From positions 1-28,832 of IMG/VR virus record IMGVR_UViG_3300020045_009217: a DNA stretch of 28,832 nt; one strand, given 5' to 3'. Shown piece after piece: positions 1 through 8,526 of the stretch (positions within the stretch are counted from its first letter, which is position 1; each line of letters begins with the position of its first letter). Under the pieces are notes generated by a model. That model was not told the origin of the DNA and did not search any database. It saw nothing but the letters and a program-made list of their open reading frames with translations. Source of the DNA: a virus. Its lineage: Duplodnaviria; Caudoviricetes. The translations under genes and the position numbers were made by a program.

Positions 1-1
1 A

Positions 2-187
2 AATACTATTAGTTCTACATCAGATACAAAGCTAATGGAATATGTGAAACAATTACCAGCACACGACGAAGACCAATATTTAGTTAAATCTTGCAAATCA
101 ATTTCAGATTTGGAAGAACTGCAAGAACTTAGACCAGAAATTGACATCAAACTAATCGAAAAAAGAAAGGAAGAATTTAAAAGATGA
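2..187 (+). CDS. Partial hypothetical protein (3' end only)
   Basis: Open frame from the window edge to TGA at 185-187, overlapping the next ATG (ATGA coupling). Confidence 0.55.
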   Translation, partial: NTISSTSDTKLMEYVKQLPAHDEDQYLVKSCKSISDLEELQELRPEIDIKLIEKRKEEFKR

Positions 188-1251
188 TACCATTAGGGAT
201 TAATCGTGAAATTACGATTGAAGAATATCATGCTGATAGAGATTATCTTTCAGCATCTTCAATCAAAGAAGCAAAAAAAAGTTTGAAACATTTTGAGTAT
301 TACTTAAAAAACAAAGACATTGAACGAAAATCATGTTTTGATTTTGGGAATGCTTTTGAGCTTGCTTTGATGGATTGTGTGAATAAACGTACATCGGTTG
401 AATTATCAGACTTCGGTAAGTATGTGGCTATTTTGGATGATTCAAAAAAACCACAACCTGAAAAAGATTATCGCACAAAAGAAAATGCAGTCTGGAAGGA
501 AAATTTCTTCTTAGATAACCAAGGCAAGTACATTATCAACCAATCGGGTGCTGAATCATTCCAGACTATTGAGCGAATGATTGAAGCGTGCAGTTCTCAG
601 GATTATATCATGTCACTTTTGGAAGGTTCTGAGTATCAAACCTCAATATTTTGGCAAGATGCACAATCATTCATAAAATTAAAAACACGTCCAGACTGCC
701 TAAAAAAAGGCAAAAGATGTATAATTGACATTAAATCTACAAAAGACGGTAGTCCAGAGCAATTTTCAAAAGATTGTGCTAATTATAACTATCCTTTGCA
801 AGCTATTATTCAAATGCAAGGAGTTTTGTCTTCTGGATTAATGGATGATGTGGAGCATTACTATTGGCTTGCTGTAGAAAAAAGCGAGCCTTTCAACGCA
901 CAGCTTTACGAATTTCAGAAAAGTGATTGGGATATGTTAAGTATTCAGCTTGAATTTATTCTTTCAAAAATTAAGCGTGCTACGGCATTGAAAAAGTATG
1001 AAGATTGCGCGAATTTTTTCAGGTTTATTGCAAACACCCGCGAAGCGAGCATTACATTACTGCCCGCTTCTTCGACGGGTCGCACTGCTAGAGTACGCGC
1101 GGCGTTGGTCGGTACACCTGCCCAATATAGATTGAATCCCTTGAAATCGTTGGTAGCGTCCTCGCCTTCCACCCAGCCTTTATTGAGTACGCCCGCTACA
1201 CTATCGTATAACTCAAACCCGATTTCGTCTACGATAGTCACTACGTCATAA
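184..1251 (+). CDS. PD-(D/E)XK exonuclease, RecE/exonuclease VIII-like (DUF3799-type); native sequence probably ends near 980 and the rest is read-through across a junction
   Basis: Motifs EEYHAD..LSASSIK, FGNAF, KTRPD..IIDIKST and YNYPLQA. After ~aa 265 the sequence is the antisense of the neighbouring gene. Confidence 0.8.
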   Translation: MIPLGINREITIEEYHADRDYLSASSIKEAKKSLKHFEYYLKNKDIERKSCFDFGNAFELALMDCVNKRTSVELSDFGKYVAILDDSKKPQPEKDYRTKENAVWKENFFLDNQGKYIINQSGAESFQTIERMIEACSSQDYIMSLLEGSEYQTSIFWQDAQSFIKLKTRPDCLKKGKRCIIDIKSTKDGSPEQFSKDCANYNYPLQAIIQMQGVLSSGLMDDVEHYYWLAVEKSEPFNAQLYEFQKSDWDMLSIQLEFILSKIKRATALKKYEDCANFFRFIANTREASITLLPASSTGRTARVRAALVGTPAQYRLNPLKSLVASSPSTQPLLSTPATLSYNSNPISSTIVTTS

Positions 1252-1775
1252 ATCATGTGACCGATGAATAACCATGTATCCGTACCGTTGGGCGTAAAGG
1301 ATGCGGTAGTTGCCTTTGCCGTAGGCGTGGATGTCATGGTGTAATTCGTTAAATCTTCATTCCAATAATAATCCGTTCCATCCGTTCCCAAATCATCCAT
1401 GTTGATTGCAAGGATTTGGGAAAGGATATTGGTGACTGTCGATGTGGCGGAATTGCTGATTTGCAGCTTGATGGTTTCAGGCGTAGCAGGCTGGGTATAC
1501 ATGAACAAATAAGACAGTTCGTGTTCCATCGCCGCATTGACGCCCTCATACGCCAGCGAAGCGTCATCGAACGCTGTAGGCGTAGTGCCATGCACCAAAC
1601 GAACCCGCGTTTCTGTACTGGCTGAGTTGACGTTACTTACCTGATTAGCTAATATTAAATATTTTTTATTGGCGGTAAAACTCCCCGACGAAATAGACGC
1701 CACATCCACCCATGTAGTGGATGTGGCAGTCGTAGCGGCTACCGATTCGCCGTAAAGTACCTGAACGTCAGCCAT
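945..1775 (-). CDS. Putative virion structural protein (Thr/Ser/Ala-rich, beta-rich), C-terminally truncated at the junction near 980
   Basis: Composition; two similar halves (SFTANKKYLILA / SFTPNGTDTWLFIG); the last residues derive from the AT-rich foreign segment. Confidence 0.6.
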   Translation of the reverse strand: MADVQVLYGESVAATTATSTTWVDVASISSGSFTANKKYLILANQVSNVNSASTETRVRLVHGTTPTAFDDASLAYEGVNAAMEHELSYLFMYTQPATPETIKLQISNSATSTVTNILSQILAINMDDLGTDGTDYYWNEDLTNYTMTSTPTAKATTASFTPNGTDTWLFIGHMIYDVVTIVDEIGFELYDSVAGVLNKGWVEGEDATNDFKGFNLYWAGVPTNAARTLAVRPVEEAGSNVMLASRVFAINLKKFAQSSYFFNAVARLIFERINSS

Positions 1776-1781
1776 TTATAA

Positions 1782-1895
1782 CTAGCCTACTTTTTCAGTG
1801 GTGGTGATCTTTTCTTCCACACTCACGCCCAATGTGGGCGGGGTTTCCTCTTTCTTTTCTTCTTTTTCTTCTGGTTTCTTTTCGGGTTCGTTCAT
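1782..1895 (-). CDS. Small 37-aa charged hypothetical protein (MNEPEKKPEE...GVSVEEKITTTEKVG)
   Basis: ATGA overlap with the upstream gene, GGAG upstream, fills the intergenic gap exactly. Confidence 0.6.
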   Translation of the reverse strand: MNEPEKKPEEKEEKKEETPPTLGVSVEEKITTTEKVG

Positions 1896-2710
1896 GGAAA
1901 TTGCTCTCCGTTCATGTTGATATGCTTGCAAAAAAGATTTGTGTCAAGCATAAAAGGATTTTTGGGGTCTGGAACTTTCCAGCCTGCCCGCTCGATTACG
2001 TTCTCACGCATTATCCTATCACACCAATACAGGTCGCTAGTCCCACTAATGGTATTATGTTGTCCGCTTTCATCGTAAAATGATTTACGGGGCGTCTCGA
2101 ACACACGGCGGGTAATGTGCTGTCCGTTGGCGTTGCGAACAAAATACTCAGGCGATTCGTTCCACATCACTTTCAAGATACTGTGATGGATAAGCAAACA
2201 CCCTGTCGGTACACCATCGGCATATACTATTTCCTGCCCCTTCTTTGCCTTGCCGGGGCTTTCTTCCCAATCCCGATATACACCATTCCCGCGCCCGCGA
2301 AAAACCAAAGGCTCGGATGGGCGCGAGCGGGAATAATACAAGCCTGAAACAATCGGAACATCGCCATTCATTAAATATTGATTCAGGATTAGCAGGGCGC
2401 TATCAGGTAGCATAACGTCATGTTCCAGCAGGAACAACCACTCAAAATCGCCAACCAGCGTTTGTTTGACAAGCATGTTTTGCGCGTCATCCACTTGATG
2501 GCGCAAGGGGTACGAGGCGTTTATAAATTCATTGACCTGTACCTGCGACCAGTTCATGGGGATGATTTGCGAGTACCGCGCCGCTACCCATTCCACGCGG
2601 ACAAGCCCGGTCGTGGCAGTGCCTACCAGTATCCTGTTTGTATACGCCACGCCTGAATCGTTGACAATCGAGCGGATTTCTCTAACGGGCGGTTGTTTAT
2701 TTTTTCGCAT
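1892..2710 (-). CDS. Phage glycosyltransferase, GT-A/GT2-like
   Basis: WLFLLEHD (DxD-like), PIVSGLYYSR, GVPTGCLLI, SDLYWC and terminal CKH motifs. Confidence 0.8.
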   Translation of the reverse strand: MRKNKQPPVREIRSIVNDSGVAYTNRILVGTATTGLVRVEWVAARYSQIIPMNWSQVQVNEFINASYPLRHQVDDAQNMLVKQTLVGDFEWLFLLEHDVMLPDSALLILNQYLMNGDVPIVSGLYYSRSRPSEPLVFRGRGNGVYRDWEESPGKAKKGQEIVYADGVPTGCLLIHHSILKVMWNESPEYFVRNANGQHITRRVFETPRKSFYDESGQHNTISGTSDLYWCDRIMRENVIERAGWKVPDPKNPFMLDTNLFCKHINMNGEQFP

Positions 2711-2888
2711 CGTTACCGCTTTCCACTACGTTGATAACATCGCCAACGCGGATGACTTTTTCAAAAACAGTAGGCTCTGATTTTCCGTAAAAAGTTATTT
2801 TTACAACCGCCTTTTGCACATTATCAGGGTCTACTCTAATATCAAGTAGTTCTATTTCTGCGATAGTTTTATCGCCCATAGCTGTCAT
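2697..2888 (-). CDS. Hypothetical protein
   Basis: ORF tiles between the methyltransferase and glycosyltransferase with short overlaps. Confidence 0.6.
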   Translation of the reverse strand: MTAMGDKTIAEIELLDIRVDPDNVQKAVVKITFYGKSEPTVFEKVIRVGDVINVVESGNDAKK

Positions 2889-3432
2889 CCCATCTTCGTT
2901 TTACCAAAACGACTTCCATGTTTCCGGCGGGGTCATAATACAGATACGGTTCGCCGTTCTCATGCGTCTTGAGACGCCACGGCTTTGGACGGCAATATTT
3001 ATACAGATAGCCGTCCAATGCCAGCGGGTCAAAGTAATACCACATCGATTCATTGATTTGACTGGCGTGCGTCGGGTCTTGCATAAAGCCGCCGCTCATG
3101 CCGTGCGGTACGGCAATGGCAATGCTCCCGTCTGGTTTCATAATGCGCCAAATCTCATCCATGACCATCAAGAGGGGCGTGATGGTGGTAAGTTTGCCGT
3201 CCTTGTATATCACGCTCACCTTTGGGATATGCTCGAGGACGTGTGACATGATGGCAGTAGACACGGATTCATCGGGGAATGGATACGGGATGTCAAGCAG
3301 GTTGTGGACAACATCCACACCTGGCAATTCCGCCGCATCCATGCCAACCCAATCGGGGGCGAATTTCTGCCCGCCGCATCCGATGTCTAATTTGATACCG
3401 CTTTTTTCTTTTAGTAATTTTTCAAGGTTCAA
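2869..3432 (-). CDS. Class I SAM-dependent methyltransferase (Methyltransf_11-like); start probably TTG at 3432
   Basis: KLDIGCG motif I, SHVLEHI, EIWRIMKPDG and DPTH. Confidence 0.85.
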   Translation of the reverse strand: MNLEKLLKEKSGIKLDIGCGGQKFAPDWVGMDAAELPGVDVVHNLLDIPYPFPDESVSTAIMSHVLEHIPKVSVIYKDGKLTTITPLLMVMDEIWRIMKPDGSIAIAVPHGMSGGFMQDPTHASQINESMWYYFDPLALDGYLYKYCRPKPWRLKTHENGEPYLYYDPAGNMEVVLVKRRWDDSYGR

Positions 3433-3446
3433 GGGTTCCAGACTTT

Positions 3447-3962
3447 CTAGGCGAAGGTAATGTCGTAAGTGACATTGACCGCCTGATTCGAGGCGCAAGA
3501 ACTGGAGGCGTAGGTATTACCGCTAAACAATGTCCCGCCGCTGGACGAATTGAATAATCCAATGCTTGAAATATTGAACGCGGCGGCGGAGGTGTGCCAG
3601 CCAGCCGCAAAGGTAGCGGTAAAGCGTACGGTCTTGGATGTGGATGAAGTCGCGGCGGTCACTGCCTGGCGCGTTCCAACTTCTGAGCCGAGCGCGGTGT
3701 CAGCAGCAGCGGGTCCCGCGCCCGTGCCAAGTCCGACATGACTCACATATTTACTTCCTGCAATCGAGCCAATGGCAGAAACTAGATATTGATTGAATCC
3801 CAGATTTGTAACTTGGTTCTCGTTCCAATAACTGTCGCCTACAATCCTGTCACCGTCCGCAATCTGGACATGATAAAAGCCGCGTACCTTGATTGCATCG
3901 GTAGGCGGCGCTTCGAGTACCTGAACGCGATACTCTTGTTCGGTCAAGCCTTTCTTTTTCAT
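3447..3962 (-). CDS. Putative virion structural protein (tail-collar/baseplate-like)
   Basis: Pattern NQVTNLG...VGLGTG...DTALGSE...TATF...IGLFN..SGGTLFS; AGGAG RBS. Confidence 0.65.
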   Translation of the reverse strand: MKKKGLTEQEYRVQVLEAPPTDAIKVRGFYHVQIADGDRIVGDSYWNENQVTNLGFNQYLVSAIGSIAGSKYVSHVGLGTGAGPAAADTALGSEVGTRQAVTAATSSTSKTVRFTATFAAGWHTSAAAFNISSIGLFNSSSGGTLFSGNTYASSSCASNQAVNVTYDITFA

Positions 3963-4004
3963 TATGTAACTCCTTTTTTATTTGCAAATAAAAAACGTTT
4001 GCCG

Positions 4005-4253
4005 CTATTTTACTACACTTTTCCTTTCCTTGATTATCCAGCCTCGCCCCACTGTGCTATACACCACCCGCCACTTGTACCCCAGCCTCACCGCCTGCTT
4101 GCGGATGCGGTTGGCATACCCGATCATATCCAGCCCCTCGGGTACATTGAAATGATAGTTATGCCATCCGTCGGCAAAATGATACGCGGCGCGTTTGACA
4201 TGGACAAGGGGCGTTATGTGAGCCATAGGATTAGCAGGATAATATTGAGACAC
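4005..4253 (-). CDS. Hypothetical protein
   Basis: ORF in operon orientation; start uncertain. Confidence 0.5.
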   Translation of the reverse strand: MSQYYPANPMAHITPLVHVKRAAYHFADGWHNYHFNVPEGLDMIGYANRIRKQAVRLGYKWRVVYSTVGRGWIIKERKSVVK

Positions 4254-4447
4254 GCCGATACAATCAGCCCATACCGCAAGACATTACTTTTTTGTTCGGC
4301 GGCATTGATACCAGCCCACCAAGCATACCAGGCAAATTCATCATCGTTGGTAGACGTACACGCGCGTATGCTGTGGCGTATGTCCTCGCTATTCCACCAT
4401 TCGTAAAACAGTTCTTTCATTTTGCCTTTCCTTTCGTTGTAGGTCAT
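4214..4447 (-). CDS. Hypothetical protein with C-terminal transmembrane helix
   Basis: ATGA overlap with the upstream gene; hydrophobic C-terminus. Confidence 0.6.
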   Translation of the reverse strand: MTYNERKGKMKELFYEWWNSEDIRHSIRACTSTNDDEFAWYAWWAGINAAEQKSNVLRYGLIVSACLNIILLILWLT

Positions 4448-5292
4448 TGACTGTCCAGTACGCTAAACTTCGGGATGCAAATCACGCCGTCAGATTTTAT
4501 TTCCTGATATACACCGCCGATCTTGTTCTTGCTCACCGAGCCAACCTGATAAACATAATCTGTTTTCATTTGCCACGAGGGGACAATAATCCCGTATATC
4601 ATTTTGAAAATCATCTTATTTCGATATTCATACGTTGAGAATGTAGGGTCGTGTACATGTCCAGTATAAACAATATCGGGGATTCCTGTCCCGTCTTTTA
4701 CGGCCTCAAAATAAATACCCTTTAGCCAATTACGGACAGGATTTCCTTCGTTTGCTCCGTCGCCGCGTCGGGGTCCATGATGAACAAACCACGAGACCAC
4801 GCCGTTAGATTCAAGTTTCAGGATGTTCCATGCGTAAAAATCACCGTCTGGAATGGCGTTTAGTTCCTTGCCTATATAATACTCTTGTTCGTGTACGTGG
4901 GTCTGTGTGCCTTTGGTGTAGTATAGCTCGTCCCCCGCCTGCCAGTCTATTCGCTTTTGTAATTCTTGCATCAGTTCGATGTGTATATCCGCCTGCTCTT
5001 TTTCGTTGAGGGTGCATACATCCCCGCTGCGGTGGTGATCGCCGTCAATGGCATCGCCGTTTACGACCATTTTCACCCGTTTGCCCTGTCTGGCACTTTT
5101 CACTTCGTCTGTATATCTTTCAAATTGTTCCCTGATTTGTATCTGCTTGGCGCGGGGGATGTGTGATGTCTTTATCCCGTGCCATGCTCTATTGGGAAAT
5201 AGAGCGTAATTGCTGCCTGTATGTGTGTCTGCTATTACTACCTGTAAGATGTCCTTCTTTGTTTCCGCGGTTTTGAAAAGGCTTTGAAACAA
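4444..5292 (-). CDS. Calcineurin-like metallophosphoesterase
   Basis: DTH, NGDAIDG, GTQTH, HHG and GHVH metal-binding motifs in canonical order; GAGGTG RBS before TTG. Confidence 0.85.
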   Translation of the reverse strand: MFQSLFKTAETKKDILQVVIADTHTGSNYALFPNRAWHGIKTSHIPRAKQIQIREQFERYTDEVKSARQGKRVKMVVNGDAIDGDHHRSGDVCTLNEKEQADIHIELMQELQKRIDWQAGDELYYTKGTQTHVHEQEYYIGKELNAIPDGDFYAWNILKLESNGVVSWFVHHGPRRGDGANEGNPVRNWLKGIYFEAVKDGTGIPDIVYTGHVHDPTFSTYEYRNKMIFKMIYGIIVPSWQMKTDYVYQVGSVSKNKIGGVYQEIKSDGVICIPKFSVLDSQ

Positions 5293-5396
5293 TTTTCACC
5301 TCTGCTCTGTTGTTGGATACATTAGCTCCCCATAATCGTGACGGGAATCATATCATAAAGGATACATGACAAACGTCACTATTTTCTTGCAAAAGG

Positions 5397-6110
5397 TTAC
5401 GCCTCAAAAAGCTCCGCCTGGGTCGCCTGAAAATCGTGGCGGTAGTTTGACCAGATGGCTTCCGTTGTATTCGTATTTGCCGCTCCTTGATGTTTACGGG
5501 CTGGATAAAATGGTAGCCAATCGGCTTTTGTGTTTTCGCAAACAATGATTTGACCATTACGAGATTTACACCACTCTGCTAATTTCACAAAATCAATTTG
5601 TTTATTTCCGAACTTATATTGATGCTCTCCGCCGAATTGATAGGGCGGATCAATAAACCAAGTGGCTTTTGTATTTTCAATTTCTCGATAATCGCCGCAA
5701 ACAATTTTCCAATGCCTAATCTTATAGAGTTGATCGGCGGTTTGTTTACGAATATCTCTTTTTGAATTATAAAATTGTGAAAATGTTGTGACGCTATCTC
5801 GTGGCTGTGCTTGTGCGGTTTCAGACCAAAAGCCCATCAATTTTCTTTCAGAGTCGGAAAGTTGCTTGTACGATGATATTTTTTCGCCTATTTTTGGCTT
5901 TGGCAGTTTCAAAATATCGGCTGGACTGGCTTGCTGGAGATAATGCCACACGTCTACAATGATTTGATATTTATCTACAAGCAAAATATCACGGTCAAAG
6001 TATTTCAGGCTGTACCGCGCCGAGCCTGCAAACGGTTCTATGATTTTGCCGAACTTTGGCGACGGGTACAAGTCAACGACTTTCGACTTACTACCATAAT
6101 ACGAGAACAC
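5397..6110 (-). CDS. DNA adenine methyltransferase (Dam/D12-like)
   Basis: FSYYGSK, IEPFAGS (motif I) and FIDPPY (motif IV). Confidence 0.9.
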   Translation of the reverse strand: MFSYYGSKSKVVDLYPSPKFGKIIEPFAGSARYSLKYFDRDILLVDKYQIIVDVWHYLQQASPADILKLPKPKIGEKISSYKQLSDSERKLMGFWSETAQAQPRDSVTTFSQFYNSKRDIRKQTADQLYKIRHWKIVCGDYREIENTKATWFIDPPYQFGGEHQYKFGNKQIDFVKLAEWCKSRNGQIIVCENTKADWLPFYPARKHQGAANTNTTEAIWSNYRHDFQATQAELFEA

Positions 6111-6185
6111 TACGCCTTCCCCTTCCGCACTCTATCCCACAGCTCCCAGATGTAAAATCCGCACAACCAGACGAATAACGCGAGT

Positions 6186-6419
6186 TCAAACATGTTTATA
6201 CTCCTTTAGTTTGCTTTCCAGTTCTGAAATCTCTTTCCGCATCTTTGCCAATTCAGATAACCAGCAGTCTTTTACCCACTGACGCTTGTTTTGATACGCG
6301 CGGCGCAAGTCTTGTAAATCGTATTCCGTGCGATGATAATCGCACAGAATATAACCGTCATAATCCTCGGTTGCGCCGTCAGATGAGCCACATTTATCGC
6401 AGAATAAATCTTTGGGCAT
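6186..6419 (-). CDS. Small Zn-finger/coiled-coil hypothetical protein
   Basis: CDKC...CDYH followed by a heptad-like C-terminus; AGGA RBS. Confidence 0.6.
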   Translation of the reverse strand: MPKDLFCDKCGSSDGATEDYDGYILCDYHRTEYDLQDLRRAYQNKRQWVKDCWLSELAKMRKEISELESKLKEYKHV

Positions 6420-6422
6420 GTT

Positions 6423-6797
6423 TTATTCCTTTCGTAAGTACCACTCTAGTGCTTCCGTTGCTTCATCGCAACCGTAGCATATTTTGTCCAGGTATCCTTG
6501 CGCGGCGGCAAACTCCATAAACTCTTTTTGTTCGGGGCTGATAACGCCGCCATCGGTGCGCTTCATCTCTACAAAAAGCCCATGGAAGCCATGCCGCGCC
6601 ACTGGCAGAAACAGGTCAGGAATTCCATTACGCATCCCCTCAGCCTTCATGTAGTTTATGATTTTGGCGCGTACCATAGGCGGCGCGGGGATAACGATAC
6701 CATTGAGCGATGAGTACAGCCATCTAAGTTCTGGATATATAAACTCATTATCCTTTGCCCACTGAATAACCTCTGCCTGTTCGGTATGCTCGCTCAT
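6423..6797 (-). CDS. VRR-NUC domain nuclease (putative Holliday junction resolvase)
   Basis: SEHTEQ...GMRNGIPDLFL...GLFVEMK...SPEQKEF signature. Confidence 0.9.
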   Translation of the reverse strand: MSEHTEQAEVIQWAKDNEFIYPELRWLYSSLNGIVIPAPPMVRAKIINYMKAEGMRNGIPDLFLPVARHGFHGLFVEMKRTDGGVISPEQKEFMEFAAAQGYLDKICYGCDEATEALEWYLRKE

Positions 6798-7012
6798 TCT
6801 GTTTTGCCTTCCTCTGTTACAAAGTACATCGAAAACGGTTTTCCTTTACGCAATAACTCACTAAAAACCTGATCGTGATATTCAAGGTAATCATACATCT
6901 CTTGACTCATCACGACCGGTTCCCCGACATCCTCAATCCCGGTCCTGATAAATTGATAGACACATTTTCGTACTGACAACGGGGTAAACAACAAGCGGAT
7001 ATTAGTTTTCAT
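6794..7012 (-). CDS. Hypothetical protein
   Basis: ATGA overlaps at both ends. Confidence 0.65.
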   Translation of the reverse strand: MKTNIRLLFTPLSVRKCVYQFIRTGIEDVGEPVVMSQEMYDYLEYHDQVFSELLRKGKPFSMYFVTEEGKTE

Positions 7013-7281
7013 TCTGTCCCTTTCAGCGCGGCGCGCGCGCGTTCAATCAGTGACTTTGACGGAAATGACCTGCCGCCGTCCGTGCTTTCCAGCATCACAA
7101 CGGCGCGGGCAATATCACGTAGTTCGGTCTGTTCGCCCTGGGTTCCATTCAAATCCCTTTCCGCCGCATAAGCCAGTTTGCACAACGTATTACCGCATAC
7201 CTCGAAATCGGCGGTTGCAGTGTGGTCGCGCATGTGAACCGCATATATCTTTGCGATTAGGTTCCTGATGTCGGGGTTCAT
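7009..7281 (-). CDS. Hypothetical protein
   Basis: ATGA overlaps at both ends. Confidence 0.65.
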   Translation of the reverse strand: MNPDIRNLIAKIYAVHMRDHTATADFEVCGNTLCKLAYAAERDLNGTQGEQTELRDIARAVVMLESTDGGRSFPSKSLIERARAALKGTE

Positions 7282-7541
7282 TCTGTTTTACCTTTCAGCG
7301 CGGCGGCGTTGACGCGCTCCCATAGATCTTCGCTAAGAACGGTTGCAAGTGCATGGTCTAATTCTTTTTGCTTGCCTAGTAATATGCCCAACTCTATTTC
7401 GTCAATCGCCTGCATTGCCTTTACCGCGATCTTGAATAACTGTTCATGCTCCGCCCGCAGCGTGGCAAGTTCCGCGTCCACCTCTGCGGCGGGGTAGTAT
7501 TCCCCCGTACCCGAGCCGTCTATCATCTGTACCTTTTTCAT
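7278..7541 (-). CDS. Hypothetical protein
   Basis: ATGA overlap downstream; AGGA upstream. Confidence 0.65.
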   Translation of the reverse strand: MKKVQMIDGSGTGEYYPAAEVDAELATLRAEHEQLFKIAVKAMQAIDEIELGILLGKQKELDHALATVLSEDLWERVNAAALKGKTE

Positions 7542-7735
7542 TTCATCCTGTCGCTTCCTGCCCTTAGCGGGCTATGGGGTAATCACCGTAATCCTGCCCG
7601 GTCCAATCGTGCAACAAATTACCAGCGAGTTATATCTTATTATGTACGTCGGTCATAATGAGGTTTACCAGTTCGTCCCGTTGTTGGTAGGTAATATCCC
7701 CGTTGATAACAGCGGCGCGAATATTCGTGATAATA

Positions 7736-7940
7736 TCATTCTAGCTGTCCCGCGTGCGGTGTGGAAAGTCATCACAGTGACAGTGCGCCGTCAGACCGCT
7801 TTATCATGTGGCTGGAGAGCCGTTCAAACGGGAAGCCGTTCGGGATGTGTCGGCGTTGCGGATACAAGTGGACAACGGGGAAAGCCGATGTCATCTGGAC
7901 GGAAGAAGAGCGGGCAGCGTTTGCCAACAAGCGGCTTTGA
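7736..7940 (+). pseudogene. Start-less fragment of a primase-type Zn-finger domain, inverted relative to the operon
   Basis: Manual translation gives YHSSCPACGVESHHSDSAPSDRFIMWLESRSNGKPFGMCRRCGYKW...ANKRL*; stops lie immediately upstream and there is no start codon. Confidence 0.6.
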
Positions 7941-8526
7941 ATAGGCGGCGAGTATTGTCATTCAACTGATGACGATACGCCTCCCCGTTGACAATCTCTT
8001 TACGCGTCGGGTCATTCGGTGTAGCTTGCAGATAATCATAAAAGCCGGCATACATCGGCATAGGCTCGGCAAACATATCGCGGGCAATGTAGCCGAGTGT
8101 GTTGATGTAGTTCGTCATGTGTATATCTTCGATAAATTCAGCATCCATCCCAAAAGATGTCCCAATAAATACAGATGGTGTTGATGCGGCTTTCATTTTC
8201 CCGCGCTTCTCAAAGTCATCTGCAATCAGGCGTTCTGTGGTTTCTTCCTGGCTTCCAAACACGGTGACGGCGCGTTGCTTGCTCATCGTCAAGGCTTTTT
8301 GCGCCTGGGCGTGCCAGACTTTCATAATGTTGGTTTTGCCATCCCCCGAGGGTGCGCCAATCACCGCCATTTCGCCGGGGAAGATCGGCGGGACCATATC
8401 GCGCAAGCCTTCGATAAAGAACGGTAGCGCAAGGTGGGCATTTTCAGCCCGCCACTTTTCGCGCCTCTCATAGTTCTCAGCCACCTCATCAGAACGCTTG
8501 GCATAATTGCGGGGGTTGAAGGTCAT
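7891..8526 (-). CDS. DnaB-like (RecA-fold) helicase, C-terminally truncated near 7930
   Basis: Walker A GAPSGDGKT, SQEE and Walker B FYDYLQ are present; the expected SQ motif and arginine finger are missing. Confidence 0.75.
   Translation of the reverse strand: MTFNPRNYAKRSDEVAENYERREKWRAENAHLALPFFIEGLRDMVPPIFPGEMAVIGAPSGDGKTNIMKVWHAQAQKALTMSKQRAVTVFGSQEETTERLIADDFEKRGKMKAASTPSVFIGTSFGMDAEFIEDIHMTNYINTLGYIARDMFAEPMPMYAGFYDYLQATPNDPTRKEIVNGEAYRHQLNDNTRRLFKAACWQTLPALLPSR

Noticed and set aside
980-1251. Genuine long antisense gene overlap
   Set aside because: It is better explained as read-through across a chimeric junction.
4280-4305. GCCGAAC (AAEQ) as the start of an attC site on the - strand
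   Set aside because: No complementary arm or GTT core site is found downstream.
7736-7940. Site-specific invertible segment (shufflon-like)
   Set aside because: There are no flanking inverted repeats or recombinase, and re-inversion does not restore intact genes.
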